Origin: Gekko japonicus
Lineage: Eukaryota
Length of the DNA: 64,000 nucleotides
Direction of reading: 5' to 3'
Assembly (NCBI RefSeq): GCF_001447785.1
Contig: NW_015168098.1
Coordinates: 126,789 to 190,788 of the forward strand
Positions 11,491-22,973 of the stretch are shown piece by piece. The notes beneath the pieces are model-generated. The model was not told the DNA's origin and ran no database searches. It saw only the letters and a program-made list of their open reading frames with translations. Each line of letters starts with the position of its first letter. Position 1 is the first letter of the stretch. The position numbers and the translations under genes are program-made.

Positions 11491-12444
11491 ACGGAAATTG
11501 CACCAAGGAATCAGAGTAGCACAACACAGGTGACAGAGTTCATTTTAATTGGCTTCCAACTTCCCAAGTCTGTGGAGAACCTCTTCTTTGTGATGCTTCT
11601 TGCCGTTTTCCTGTTAACACTGACTGGGAACATCACCATCATCACACTGGTATGCCTCGCCCAACAGCTCCAGACCTCCATGTACTTCTTTCTCTGCAAT
11701 CTCTCCCTCCTGGAGATCCTCTTTGTCTTGACAATCACCCCAAAGATGTTGGCAAATCTGGTCTCCTTGAACAAAACCATCTCTTTCCTGGGCTGTGCTG
11801 CCCAATGTTATTTCTACTTCTTCCTTGGCACTACCGAGTTCATCCTTATCGCCGTGATGTCATTTGACCGTTACGTTGCCGTCTGCCACCCACTTCGCTA
11901 TGCCATCATTGTGAATGGTCGTGTCTGCATGACGTTGGTCCTAGGCTGCTGGATAGGTGGTTTCCTTTCTACCATTGGCCCAATTGTACTGTTCTTCCAG
12001 TTGACTTTCTGTGGCTCTAATGTCATTGACCATTTCTTCTGTGACTATGCCCCAATGATAAAGCTGTCTTGCAATGAAGTTCAGTTCATCCTAGCCCTGG
12101 TGTCTATCCTCTCTTCAGTCGTTTTGCTCAGCTCACTGGCTGTCACTGGTGTCTCTTATGTCTACATTATCACCACCATAGTGCGTATGAACTCCACTAA
12201 AGGTCGACTAAAGACATTTTCTACCTGCGCATCCCATCTTACTGTAGCTTCCATCTTCTATGGCAGCGCCATCTTCATGTACTCTTTGCCGGGTCAGGGG
12301 CGCTCTCTGGCTGTTCAGAAGGCTGTAGCTGTACTCACCGCTGTGGTGACCCCTTTGCTCAACCCTTTTATATATACCCTGAGAAATGAGAAGGTGAAAG
12401 AGGCCTTGAGAGACTGTCTGAAGAGGCAAACCTTGAAACTGTGA
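11491..12444 (+). CDS. Olfactory receptor, class II, family-6-like; open frame but starts at ACG (no N-terminal ATG)
   Basis: GN, MYFFLCNLS, MSFDRYVAVCHPLRY, HFFCD, KTFSTCASHL, PLLNPFIYTLRN; N-glycosylation site NQS in the extension TEIAPRNQSSTTQVTEF; splice acceptor ttctag ends at 11473. Confidence 0.9.
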   Translation, partial: TEIAPRNQSSTTQVTEFILIGFQLPKSVENLFFVMLLAVFLLTLTGNITIITLVCLAQQLQTSMYFFLCNLSLLEILFVLTITPKMLANLVSLNKTISFLGCAAQCYFYFFLGTTEFILIAVMSFDRYVAVCHPLRYAIIVNGRVCMTLVLGCWIGGFLSTIGPIVLFFQLTFCGSNVIDHFFCDYAPMIKLSCNEVQFILALVSILSSVVLLSSLAVTGVSYVYIITTIVRMNSTKGRLKTFSTCASHLTVASIFYGSAIFMYSLPGQGRSLAVQKAVAVLTAVVTPLLNPFIYTLRNEKVKEALRDCLKRQTLKL

Positions 12445-12565
12445 GCAGAATGGGGCCATCTTCCCATTTCCCTGGTCACAACAGCCCAGTTTGATTGTGG
12501 AGGTCTTATGGCCAAATGGTGATAGTTTATGTTTAGAGTACAGATTTTTTTTGGGGGGGAGTAGG

Positions 12566-13245
12566 GTTTTTTAAAATATACATTTATTTATCATTTTCCC
12601 AATTTACATATATCCATTCTTACTTACAAAACTTGAGTCTTATTATATTTACATAAACTTCTTCAGATATATATTTCAATCCATACATCCCCATGTGCCT
12701 TGGATCCAAATATACATTCTTTCCCATCTTTTTTTAAATACACCTCCATCTTTCCCTTGAAGACTTAACATTAGTTTGTCCATTTCTGCTAACTCCATCA
12801 GTTTCAATATAATTTCTTCTCTTGTTGGCAAAATCTCACATTTCCAATATTTAGCCATCAATATCCTAGCAGTAGTCACTATAAATGTTAATAAGTATTT
12901 GTTATTTTGTGGATACTCTTCCAGTACCATATTTAATAGTGCTATTTCCGGGGTTAGAGTCATTTTTAATTTCATAATGTCCTGAATAAGCTTTCCTATC
13001 ATTCTCCAATACTTCTCCACTTTCACGCATCGCCACCACATGTGAAAATACGTCCCTATATTTTTTCCGCATTTCCAACATATCTTGGATAAAGACTGGT
13101 CACATTTCGCTAACCTATCCGGGGACCAGTACCATCTATGGTACACCTTATAAATATTTTCTTTATAGTTGGTCGCTCATACATATTTCAATGATTTCCA
13201 TGTAGCTGGCCAATGCTCTATTGTATGTCCTATGTCTCTCATCCA
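12566..13245 (-). mobile_element. 5'-truncated L1 (ORF2 C-terminal CCHC region)
   Basis: ORF 12676-13146 with CWKC...TYFHMWWRC; 14-bp TSD TGGGGGGGAGTAGG at 12552-12565 and 13246-13259. Confidence 0.9.
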
Positions 13246-14515
13246 TGGGGGGGAGTAGGTTGATAGAAACGGGTGGGAGGCACTTTTATCCATAACATTC
13301 TAAGCATGTTCGTCACCTACAGATACTGTAAGGATGGGAGAGAACTAGCCAGAACATGCTGAATGTACGTCACAGATGATGCTACGAGAAGATCATTTTG
13401 TCTTCAAGGTATAGGAGACCAGACATGCAATATCAGCTCTCAGTCTACCTATAGAGGGATCTTTGCCAGCAGGGATACACATTGTCAAAAAAATGGTGCA
13501 AAAATGATCATCTGTAGCTGAAATCTCTTGCAGTGAAATACAGTGAAGAGCAACTCAAGGGATTTGCACCATCCAGCCACATTCCAGGAAAATACAAAAG
13601 ATTCCCCACTTCTTCTAAGACATCACAGCTAATGCTGGGGTTATGTTCACACTGGAAGTGGAGTCCAAGTTAGAAATGTTTAAGTCTGAAAATACTGGGG
13701 AGGGGAGGAGAAAAACTGATATAGAAGTCTATATATGTGTATGTTTTCAAGGTTGTTGCCACATCTCCTGGTGGAACGTCAAATAAATTGTTGGTGAATC
13801 TGTGTTTTTTTCCACATTAACCGTTGTCTAAGATACTGTCTGGGAGGGAAGGCAGTGTGGTGTAGCCCAAGGAGAATGTGGTTCCTCTGATCTCAGTTTA
13901 TATAATCAGGCATCTTGGGCTCTTTGGGGGGCTTCTTGTATGAGGCTTCTTTCTAAATAGAATGTTTTAGGACTTACTTATGCTAGAATGGATCCAGTTC
14001 TTGCTGTAGTTTCGGCAGCTAGAGAACTATGGCTCATAAAGCCATTACAATATCAAATAAATCTGTTTTCAGATTCTAAATTAAAGTTATGGACCAATCC
14101 AAACAAAAAAATTAGGAGAAAGTCTTTTTTTATTGATGGCTTTAACAGATAGGCTGTTTTTTTCATTGGCTCTATTGATAGACTATGATGATGCGTTTGT
14201 GTCATTTTCTCAGCTGAAGTACCGACATAACTTGTCAACTTCTGTTGAACAGCAATTCTTCCAGTTGCAACATCTGTCCGTATTTACATATGGCGCTGAT
14301 GCATTCAGTGTCTCAGAGTCCCCTTTTCTTCTGGACACACTAGAACATAAATCACAATATTTTTGTGTCTAAATGTTTGGTGTTGGTTAATAAATATGAT
14401 ATGCAGGTCTCAGGAATGAATGGAATAAGGAGCTAGGTCACCCTATTTTGCCAGTGCAATATGGCCTTAAATTTTATACCTGCTCTCTCTATGGATCTTA
14501 AGTTTCAATATATTC

Positions 14516-14585
14516 TGTATGTATGTATGTATGTATGTATGTATGTATGCATGCATGTATGCATGCATGCATGCATGCATGTATG
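14516..14585. repeat. (TATG)n/(CATG)n compound microsatellite
   Basis: direct reading. Confidence 0.95.
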
Positions 14586-15460
14586 TGTGATATACTGGAC
14601 ACCAGAGTGACTCTTTAGTAAAGGAATGAGTGAACTGTCTAAATGTTGGCATTCTTGGCATTGTAACAGACAACATGTGCTCCTTAAGCATATGCTTTGG
14701 GTGTGTCCAGTCATTTGTTTCTACTGGGAGGAAGTTATTACTCATATCAACTTTGCGTTAGAGTGTTCATGGATTCTTGAGGATGCTTATGTACTTTTAA
14801 ACTATCTGTCCATCTCTTGGAGGCTAACCAGTGATCAATGAAAATGGACCCTCTGTGCCCGTACTACAGCTAAAAGATTTGTATTAAAACACTGGAGAGA
14901 TACATTCCCATCTCCTGTCAATAAGTGGACTGAGGACCGTACAAGTTTATCAGTATTTGAATACATGGAACATAAACCACAATCGAGTATGGAACAAAAC
15001 ATAGTTTCAGAAATCATTGTTATAGGTGGGATAGTGTGTATACTGCCTCCCCTCTGGCTATTTCTTCACATATATGTGTGATGGAGTCTGCAGGGCTATG
15101 AACACAAAGACTCAAAATAAAACTCAAAATACAACTCAGCTCTCCATCCTATGAATGTTGGAGTATAGCAGCATATTAACCGCAAGAACTGATTACAAGG
15201 ACAGGCAGCACAGGCAGGGAGGGTAGAAAATATCCCCTCTGTAACAAAACCAAGGAGGGATAGTGGTTAGATTGCCTGACTAGGATCTAGAAAACACAGA
15301 TTTGAATTTCTTCTTTGCCATGGAAGTCTGCCAGGTGACCTCAGCCACTCAACCATTTTCAGCCTAACACACCTCACTGGGTCCCTATCAGGGAATGTGG
15401 TGGGATATGATGTTTGCAATCAGTCTATTTTTTAATCTGAAAAAGGATGATAACTCAGTT

Positions 15461-17321
15461 TATTTACTGAAGGATGATAGGGAAATGGCTGAGAAGCTAA
15501 ATGCATTTTTTGCCTCCGTCTTCACTGTGGAAGATGAGAGGTGCTTCCCCACTCCAGAGCCGCTGAGTTCAGGAGGGGTGTTGAAAGACCTGAGACAGAT
15601 TGAGGTGATGAGAGAGGAGGTCCTAAAACTGATAGACAACTTAAAAATGGATAAATCACCAGGCCCAGATGGCATACATCCAAGAGTTCTGAAAGAACTC
15701 AATTGTGAACTTGTGGATCTCCTGACAAAAATATGTAATCTCTCCCATCATTCCTGAGGACTGGAAGGTAGCTAATGTCACTCCCATCTTTAAAAAGGGT
15801 TCCAGAGGAGATCTGGGAAATTACAGGCCAGTCAGTCTGACGTCGATACCGGGTAAATTGGTGGAAACCATTATTAAGGAAAGAATTAGTAGGCACATAG
15901 ATGAACAAAACCTATTGAGGCAGACTCAACATGGGTTCTGTAAGGGAAGATCTTGTCTCACTAACCTGTTAATGTTCTTTGAGGGGGTGAACAAACATGT
16001 GGACAAGGGGAATCCAATAGATATTGTTTACCTTGACTTCCAGGAAGCTTTTGATAAAGTTCCTCATCAAAGGCTCCTGAGTAAGCTCAAAAATCATGGG
16101 ATAAAAGGACAAGTCCTTTTATGGATATGGATCAAAAACTGGCTAATTAATAGAAAACAGAGAGTGAGTATAAATGGGCAGTTCTCCCAGTGGAGGGGTG
16201 TAAGCAGTGGGGTACCACAGGGATCAGTACTTGGTCCACTGCTTTTTAACTTGTTCATTAATGATTTGGAGTTGGGAGTAAGCAGTGAAGTGGCTAAATT
16301 TGCGGATGATACGAAGTTGTTCAGGGTGGTGAAAACCAGTGAGGATTGTGAGGCACTCCAAAGGGATCTGTCAAAGATGGGCGAGTGGGCGTCAACATGG
16401 CAAATGGGGTTCAATGTGGCCAAGTGCAAGGTGATGCACATTGGAGCCAAAAATCCTAAATATAAATACACATTGATGGGGTCTGAACTGGCAGAGACTG
16501 AGCAAGAGAGAGATCTTGGAGTTGTAGTGGATAACTCACTGAAAATGTCGAGACAGTGTGTGACTGCAATAAAGAAGGCCAATGCTATGCTGGGGATTAT
16601 TAGGAAGGGTATTGAAAACAGATCAGCCAATATAATAATGCCCCTATATAAATCAATGGTGAGACCTCATTTGGAATACTGTGTGCAGTTCTGGTCACCA
16701 CACCTTAAAAAGGATATTATAGCTTTGGAAAAAGTGCAGAAAAGGGCAACTCGAATGATAAAAGGGTTGGAACACTTTCCCTATGAGGAAAGGTTAAAGC
16801 GCTTAGGGCTCTTTAGCTTGGAGAAACGACGACTGAGGGGTGACATGATTGAGGTTTATAAGATTATGCATGGGAAAGAGCAGGTAGAGAAAGAGGTACT
16901 TTTCTCCCTTTCTCACAATACAAGAACCCGTGGGCACTCCATGAAATTGCTGAGCGGTCGGGTTAGAACGGATAAAAGGAAGTACTTCTTCACCCAAAGA
17001 GTGATTAACACTTGGAATTCACTGCCACAGGAAGTGGTGGCAGCTACAAGCATGGACGGCTTCAAAAGGGAATTAGATAAGCATATGGAGCAGAGGTCCA
17101 TCAGTGGCTATTAGCCACAAGGTATAGATAGGGACTCTGGGGCAAGTGATGCTCTGTCATCTTGGTGCTTGGGGGGGACAACAGTGGGAGGGCTTCTAAT
17201 GTCCTGGCCCCACTGGTGGACCTCCTGATGGCACTGGTATTTCTGGCCACTGTGTGGTACAGAGTGTTGGACTAGATGGGCCTTTGGCCTGATCCAACAT
17301 TGGCATCTCTTATGTTCTTAT
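15461..17321 (+). mobile_element. 5'-truncated CR1 LINE (ORF2 RT domain plus 3' UTR)
   Basis: KSPGPDGIHPRVLKEL, QHGF, DF..AFD.V.H, GVPQGSVLGPLLF, FADD, ERDLGV; frameshift near 15745; (TTCTTATG) tail. Confidence 0.97.
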
Positions 17322-17810
17322 TGTTCCATCTGGTACTGCTACACCATTGGGCACAAAAGACATCATTGATTATTCAAACAATTGTTAAATACCAAGAACA
17401 CAGCAGACTACAGGGTTGTGAGCAGAGTGTTCCTATGGAAAGCCTTTATAAATTATATGTATTAATATCCAGAGACTTCTTCTGGACTTTGTTTTTCTTG
17501 AACTGCATATTAAGGGTATGGTTGTGTACCTCCAAAATGTATCAATTTAGCCAAGCAATATCTGACACACAGACACAAATTGCCAGTCCACGTGGCCATT
17601 TTAAAAACAGGATGGTCTGTAACAGGTTTCAATGAAGGCACTGAAGGTTCAATTTGTTGCTTATATTTATCACAAAATTTAAACTGTTCATCATGGATCT
17701 GATTAGTAATAGATTATCTTCTATGGAGCTGTCTAAATGCTAATAATTCCTTTGCTGGCATACTAGGGTGGGTTACCAAGCTCATGGTGGAGCCTGTAGA
17801 TCTCACAGAA

Positions 17811-18003
17811 TTGTTCAGTCGCACAGTTGAGTCTGACTCTTCGCGACCCCATAGACAAGATCTCGCCAGGCCCTCCTGTTTTCCACCATCATCTGAAGTT
17901 TGCTCAATTTCATGTTCCCTGCATCTATGACACTGTCTAACCATCTCATCCTTTGTTGTCCCCGTCTTCTTTGACCTTCAATCTTTCCCAGCATCAGGGT
18001 CAC
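17811..18003 (-). mobile_element. Bov-B (RTE) 3' fragment
   Basis: LMLGKIEGQRRRGQQRMRWLDSV; 3' end ...gactgtgcgactgaacaa. Confidence 0.9.
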
Positions 18004-18446
18004 AGAATTACAATTGATTAATTCCCTTGGAGAAAATGGTTGCTTTGGAGAGGGGGATGGTATGGTTTTATACCCCACTGATGTTCCTTCCCTCCCAAAC
18101 CCTCACTCGCCAGTCTCCATCCCCAGATCTCCAGAAATGTTCCAATCCAGAGCTGGCAACCCTCTAGCCTGCACAGGAAGACTGTTCCACCACATAGAAG
18201 CTACCCTCGAAAAAGCTCTGGAGCAGGCAGATGGAAACCAAATCGATTTGCAACTGGACGCAAGGTGAATGGAGAGACAGCAACAGGGGTGAACCACCCC
18301 CTCCCATAGTAATGTAGTTCACATGTTGAGATCTCCATGGAGGGCGACTACCTGTCATCCACATGCAATATTTTAGTGAATTTCTGGAAACAGATTATCC
18401 ATAACCAGTGCAAGGTCACTAAGAATGATTTTGTGGGGAGAGGCAC

Positions 18447-18640
18447 CCATGATCTGGGTGGCCCAGGCTGGCTCTATCTCATCAGGTCTCATAAGCTACA
18501 CAGGGTTTGCCCTGGTTAGTACTTGGATGGAAGACCATGAAGGAAGTCCATGGTCACTACACAGAGGTAGGCAATGCCCAACCAGTATTGAACATCTCCT
18601 GTCTTGGAAACCCCGTCAGCTGCAACTTAATGGCAAAAGG
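18447..18640 (+). mobile_element. 5S rRNA-derived SINE
   Basis: 5S box A/C-like: aagcta..cagggt...cctggttagtacttggatgg. Confidence 0.75.
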
Positions 18641-18754
18641 GCACCCATCTCAGTGTAGATGGACTATTCACACCACATTGTTTCAGTGGAAGGGACATTC
18701 AAACGTGTGCCCCTCTAAAAGTTAATGTGATGCAGTTAGATGGTAGCTATAGTT

Positions 18755-19031
18755 AAGAAGAAGAAGAAGAAGAGATTGGATTTATACCCCGCCCTTCACT
18801 TGGAGTCTCAGAGCGGCTTACAAACTCCTTTCCCTCCCCCTCCCCACAACAGACGCCCTGTGAGGTAGGTGAGGCTGAGAAAACTCTGACACAAACGGCT
18901 CTTTTTCAAGGACAGCTCTTATCAGAACTATGGCTTGCCCAAGGTCACATCAGCAGGTGCAAGTGGAGAATCAAACCCGGTTCTCCCAGATAAGAGTCCA
19001 CGCACTTAACCACTACACCAAACTGGCTCTC
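18755..19031 (-). mobile_element. tRNA-derived SINE (Squam3-like)
   Basis: tRNA head gagagccagtttggtgtagtggttaag on minus; (CTT)n tail. Confidence 0.88.
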
Positions 19032-20161
19032 CATGGAGGGTGACTACCTGCCATCCACATGCAATATTTTAGTGAATTTCTGGAAACAGATTATCCATAA
19101 CCAGTGCAAGGTAGATTAGATTAGTTAGAGGCAGATAACGTCTAATTTATTTATTTATTTATTTATTTATACCTTCGGCTTATATACCGCCCTGACCCCG
19201 AAGGGTCTCTGGGCGGTTTACATAGTGGTTCTAACCAACCAATTAACCTGACTAGGGCCACATTGTCTACAGGGTGGTGACTGCCTACCAGCACCCCGGG
19301 CTAGTTGTCATCCGGCTTCCTTCCGCGGCTTCAGATACTGGCGTCCTGGTGCCCATGCTATCTGCACAGCATCCCATCTTACACGTATACCTATATGAAG
19401 ATAAATCCGATCCCTGTGCCTCTCTTTAGCCACCCTGATTATGAGTCTGACTGGTTCATTCAAAGTTGTTGATAACTAATCTCTGTATGGTGCACTCTTT
19501 GAGGAATACTTGACACATCTGTGAATACCTTCATATGATTCATCCCAAAGCACACCAGTCAATCAAATCTTCAAATTGAACTAAATTTAGGGTTAGGAGA
19601 TAAACTGATACAACATAGTGGTGTTATGGGTCTGACATATACTGGCACGATATGTAAAATCTGTGTAGTTATAGAATTAGGCCCAACAGAAAGCGGAATT
19701 TGGTATTTAGAATCCATTTGGCTCCATCTTAGTTTATTAGAAATCCCTTAGACCAGTTTCTGTTTCCTCCCCGTCAACCAAGGCCACTAGATGTCAGATT
19801 TTGTAAGTAAAACTAATAGAAGACTTTAGTAAGTTTGTGCATTAACTTTATTCCCTGGAAAATTAATTATCAAGTAGATCATTAATGCAATGCCAGTTCC
19901 GGTCTTTGGAGATTTCTCAACTTAGGCTTTATTTTTAAAGTTAATCAGTAGACTTGGAGCTTTGAAACTAATCAGTGCCTTAAAAAGTGTGAAGCTAATT
20001 ATTGAAATTTATTGAGATGTTATATACTTTTCTCTATGAACATACTATGATTAAATTAATTGCGAAGATGGTATCAAAAATTGTAAGTGGTCATTATTTT
20101 TCAATAACAACAACGTGCGTTACATGCCATCAAGCTGCTTCCAATTTATGGCAACCCTATA

Positions 20162-20530
20162 CCCTGACCTAGATAGCCCAGGCTAGCCTGGTCTTGTCAG
20201 ATTTTGGAAGCTAAGCAGGGTCGGCCCTGGCTAGTATTTGGATGGGAGACCTCCAAGGAATACCAGAGCTGTGACATGGAGACTGGCAATGGCAAACCTC
20301 TTCTGAACATCTCTTGCCTTACGGGGTTGCCAGGCTGGCCTAATCCCATCAGATTTCAAAAGCTAAGCAGGGACAGGCCTGGTTAGTTTTTGGATGGGAG
20401 ACCACCGAGGAAGTCCAGGGTTGCTATTCAGAGGCAGATAACGCTAAATCACCTCTGAATGGTTCTTGCCTTGAAGACCTAAGGGGTTGTTATGAGGTGG
20501 CCACAACTTGATGGCACTTTCTACCCACCA
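20162..20530 (+). mobile_element. Two tandem 5S rRNA-derived SINE copies
   Basis: ggaagctaagcagggtcggccctggctagtatttggatgggagacc closely resembles the 5S rRNA internal promoter; repeated at ~20340. Confidence 0.85.
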
Positions 20531-20800
20531 TCTCAGGCTGGTCCTGGGTCCAGGTTGCCCAAGGCCATGTGTTAAGAGCTAAGGTTCAAGAGACCTTGGG
20601 CTTTTGCCCTTCAGCTCATGATCACACCTCAGACCACATCCAGTTTTTATACCTGGAGACAGAAAGGGGAAACAAAAGCACAACTCAGATGATATAACTA
20701 AACCAATGCTCCTACCAATCTACCCTCCCTGCTCAATAGGTATTCAAACTGCCTATCATGATTTTATGTTCGCAACCTGGAGTTCCAGCTCTTCTAGAAG

Positions 20801-21181
20801 TAGGGTTGCCAGACCGCCTGGTGGAGACAGGTGTCCCCCGCCTCCAGGCCCCGGGGGGGAAAAGCGAGGCCCAGTCGAAGGTGCAGTGATGGGTCTATGT
20901 CACTTCCGACATGACCCTGAAGCCACATCATCAAATGGACGATGTTGGGGTGATGCTCTGGTATTTGGGCAAAAACCTCTATGGTAGAAGCCAAATTTAC
21001 CATAGAGATTTTGCCCAAACACCAGAGTGTCACCCTGACATTGCTGCATGATGACATCACTTCCAGGTCACATTGGAAGTGATGTAGACACATTGCTGCA
21101 ACATTGGCTGGGCCTCCCTCCTGCTCCCGGTAAGTCCCCCCACATCCTCTGCTGGATGCTAGGAGGAAACTGGCAACCCTA
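20801..21181. mobile_element. hAT (Tip100-like) MITE
   Basis: TIR TAGGGTTGCCAG / CTGGCAACCCTA; TSD TCTAGAAG/TCTAGAAT. Confidence 0.88.
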
Positions 21182-21786
21182 TCTAGAATAAACATGGTTT
21201 TAAGCTGGACTACTCTCTCTTCTACTTGACAGAACTTGTATTGGGTGTTGGAGTTTAGACTCAGAACAGCAGCTGAAGCAGGGGTGATAGTGAAGGGGAA
21301 ATAACTGTTTCCCCACACCATTGCCCTGCCCCCAAGTTACTTTCAGGCCAAGTACATAGACAAAAAAGACAGGCACAAAACATGTTTTATATTTTGGAAC
21401 CTGTACATTTGTAATGTAGTAACATTTTTTCAAGCAGTTTTTTATTATGATTGACACTGTTTTATCTGCCTTGAGCAACTGTCTGACATTTCGAAAGTAA
21501 AGGTATAAACACTCCCTGTTTGAACTGCTGCCTTCGGGTAGAAGATATAAGACAATTAAAACAAGGACAAACAGATTAAAAATAGGTTTTTTTCGAGAGC
21601 TATTATTGCTTTAAATGCAGTATGAAATTGGAATTTGGGTGACATTGGTGGTTTAAGTTGCAATGTGAACCTTAAGGGAGTTATGGGATGGTTGTGAATG
21701 GTTGTGTGAGTGTATGAGTATGGTTGTAGATCACCAAATGATTGCACCTTTAATTTTGTTGTACTATGTACAATGACAATAAAGTA

Positions 21787-21820
<34 letters not shown>

Positions 21821-21856
21821 GTTATTATTATTGTTATTATTATTATTATTATTATT
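21787..21856. repeat. (ATT)n microsatellite
   Basis: direct reading. Confidence 0.97.
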
Positions 21857-22879
21857 ACTGCCATTTTTAATAAAGACAATGTATTTCCCTTTGTGCTTTC
21901 ATATTTTGTCTTGGCTCTGATTTTTTTTTTGAAGTTGTATGCTTTTCACAGATTGTGTCATAAGAGCTGTCACAGGCTTTTTGTTACTGGAACTTCATGG
22001 CTGGAAAATTATTTTCAGTAAATAAAGAGAAGTATAAAGTCATCTGTAGCTCAGCAGAAGCAGCAGTGGTTTAGCACACAAGAAACCCTTGGATCAGTCC
22101 ATGGCCACCATCTCCACTATTGCCTCCCTGGGTGTCTGCTGAACTTTGCACAAAGTGAGTGGGACCGCTGTAAATCTGGGCTTGTTATTGCCTGCCTACA
22201 ATCCAGGAAAAGAATTTTCCACAACTACAACTACTGGAGGATCAGGTAGACCTGGACAATTGCATCCCCACAAAGATTTTGGCTCCAGTTTTTCCCTGCT
22301 GATCATCTGAGCATCAGTGGGAAGAGGCTGTGATTTCCTGGAGGTCTCCTGCCATAAACAGGTAAATGGGAACCTTACATAAAAGTAAAAGGCTGCATAC
22401 TGCCTTGGCCAGAAGATAGTTAGCTCCTAGCTCTACCTGTGTAACTAGAGTTGCCAAATCTTTGTTGGGAAATACATGGAGCTCTGGGGATGTAACTTGT
22501 GGAGGGGAGGGTTTTGGAGAGGGGGAAGGATCTCAGTGGCGTACAATGCCCTCCAAAACAACCATTTTATCCAACAGAATTGCAATCTGGAATCAGTGTT
22601 CCTGCTAAACTGCATTAGCATGTGCCGGTGCACTATTTTTTTAGCCATTAGCACACAGATTTTTTGACTCAGCACAGGGTGATGAAATTCTCTCCTGCTT
22701 CCTTCTCCAGGGCTACTGCTGTGTCACTGCTTGCGTTCACCTAGCTCGCTCAGTCACACAGGAGAGAGACAAAGGCCAGCCTCCCTTTTGTCCATCGGCT
22801 GAGGTCTCCTCCCTCTTCTCCTCCTTTGGGGAGGAAGGGAAGGGAAGGGAAAGAGCAAGAGAGAGCACCCGTGTGTGAG

Positions 22880-22973
22880 AGAGAACAAAGTCAAAGTCCC
22901 ATGACACCTTTAAAACAAACAAAGTTTTATTCAAGGTATAAGCTTCTGTGTGCATGCACACTTCTTCTTCAGA
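22880..22973 (-). mobile_element. Short Penelope-derived repeat with decayed hammerhead motif
   Basis: Minus: ctgaagaagaa-gtgtgcatgcacac-agaagcttatacc. Confidence 0.65.

Noticed and set aside
15858-17114. 418-aa RT ORF as an active or domesticated gene
   Set aside because: 5'-truncated CR1 with an upstream frameshift and no endonuclease; an ordinary dead copy
18990-19031. Possible tRNA genes
   Set aside because: tRNA-like heads of SINEs; no complete cloverleaf
20190-20275. Possible 5S rRNA gene
   Set aside because: Lacks the 5S 5' end and T-run terminator; it is diverged, multi-copy and has a SINE tail
21556-22021. Poly-Ile ORFs
   Set aside because: Translation of an (ATT)n microsatellite
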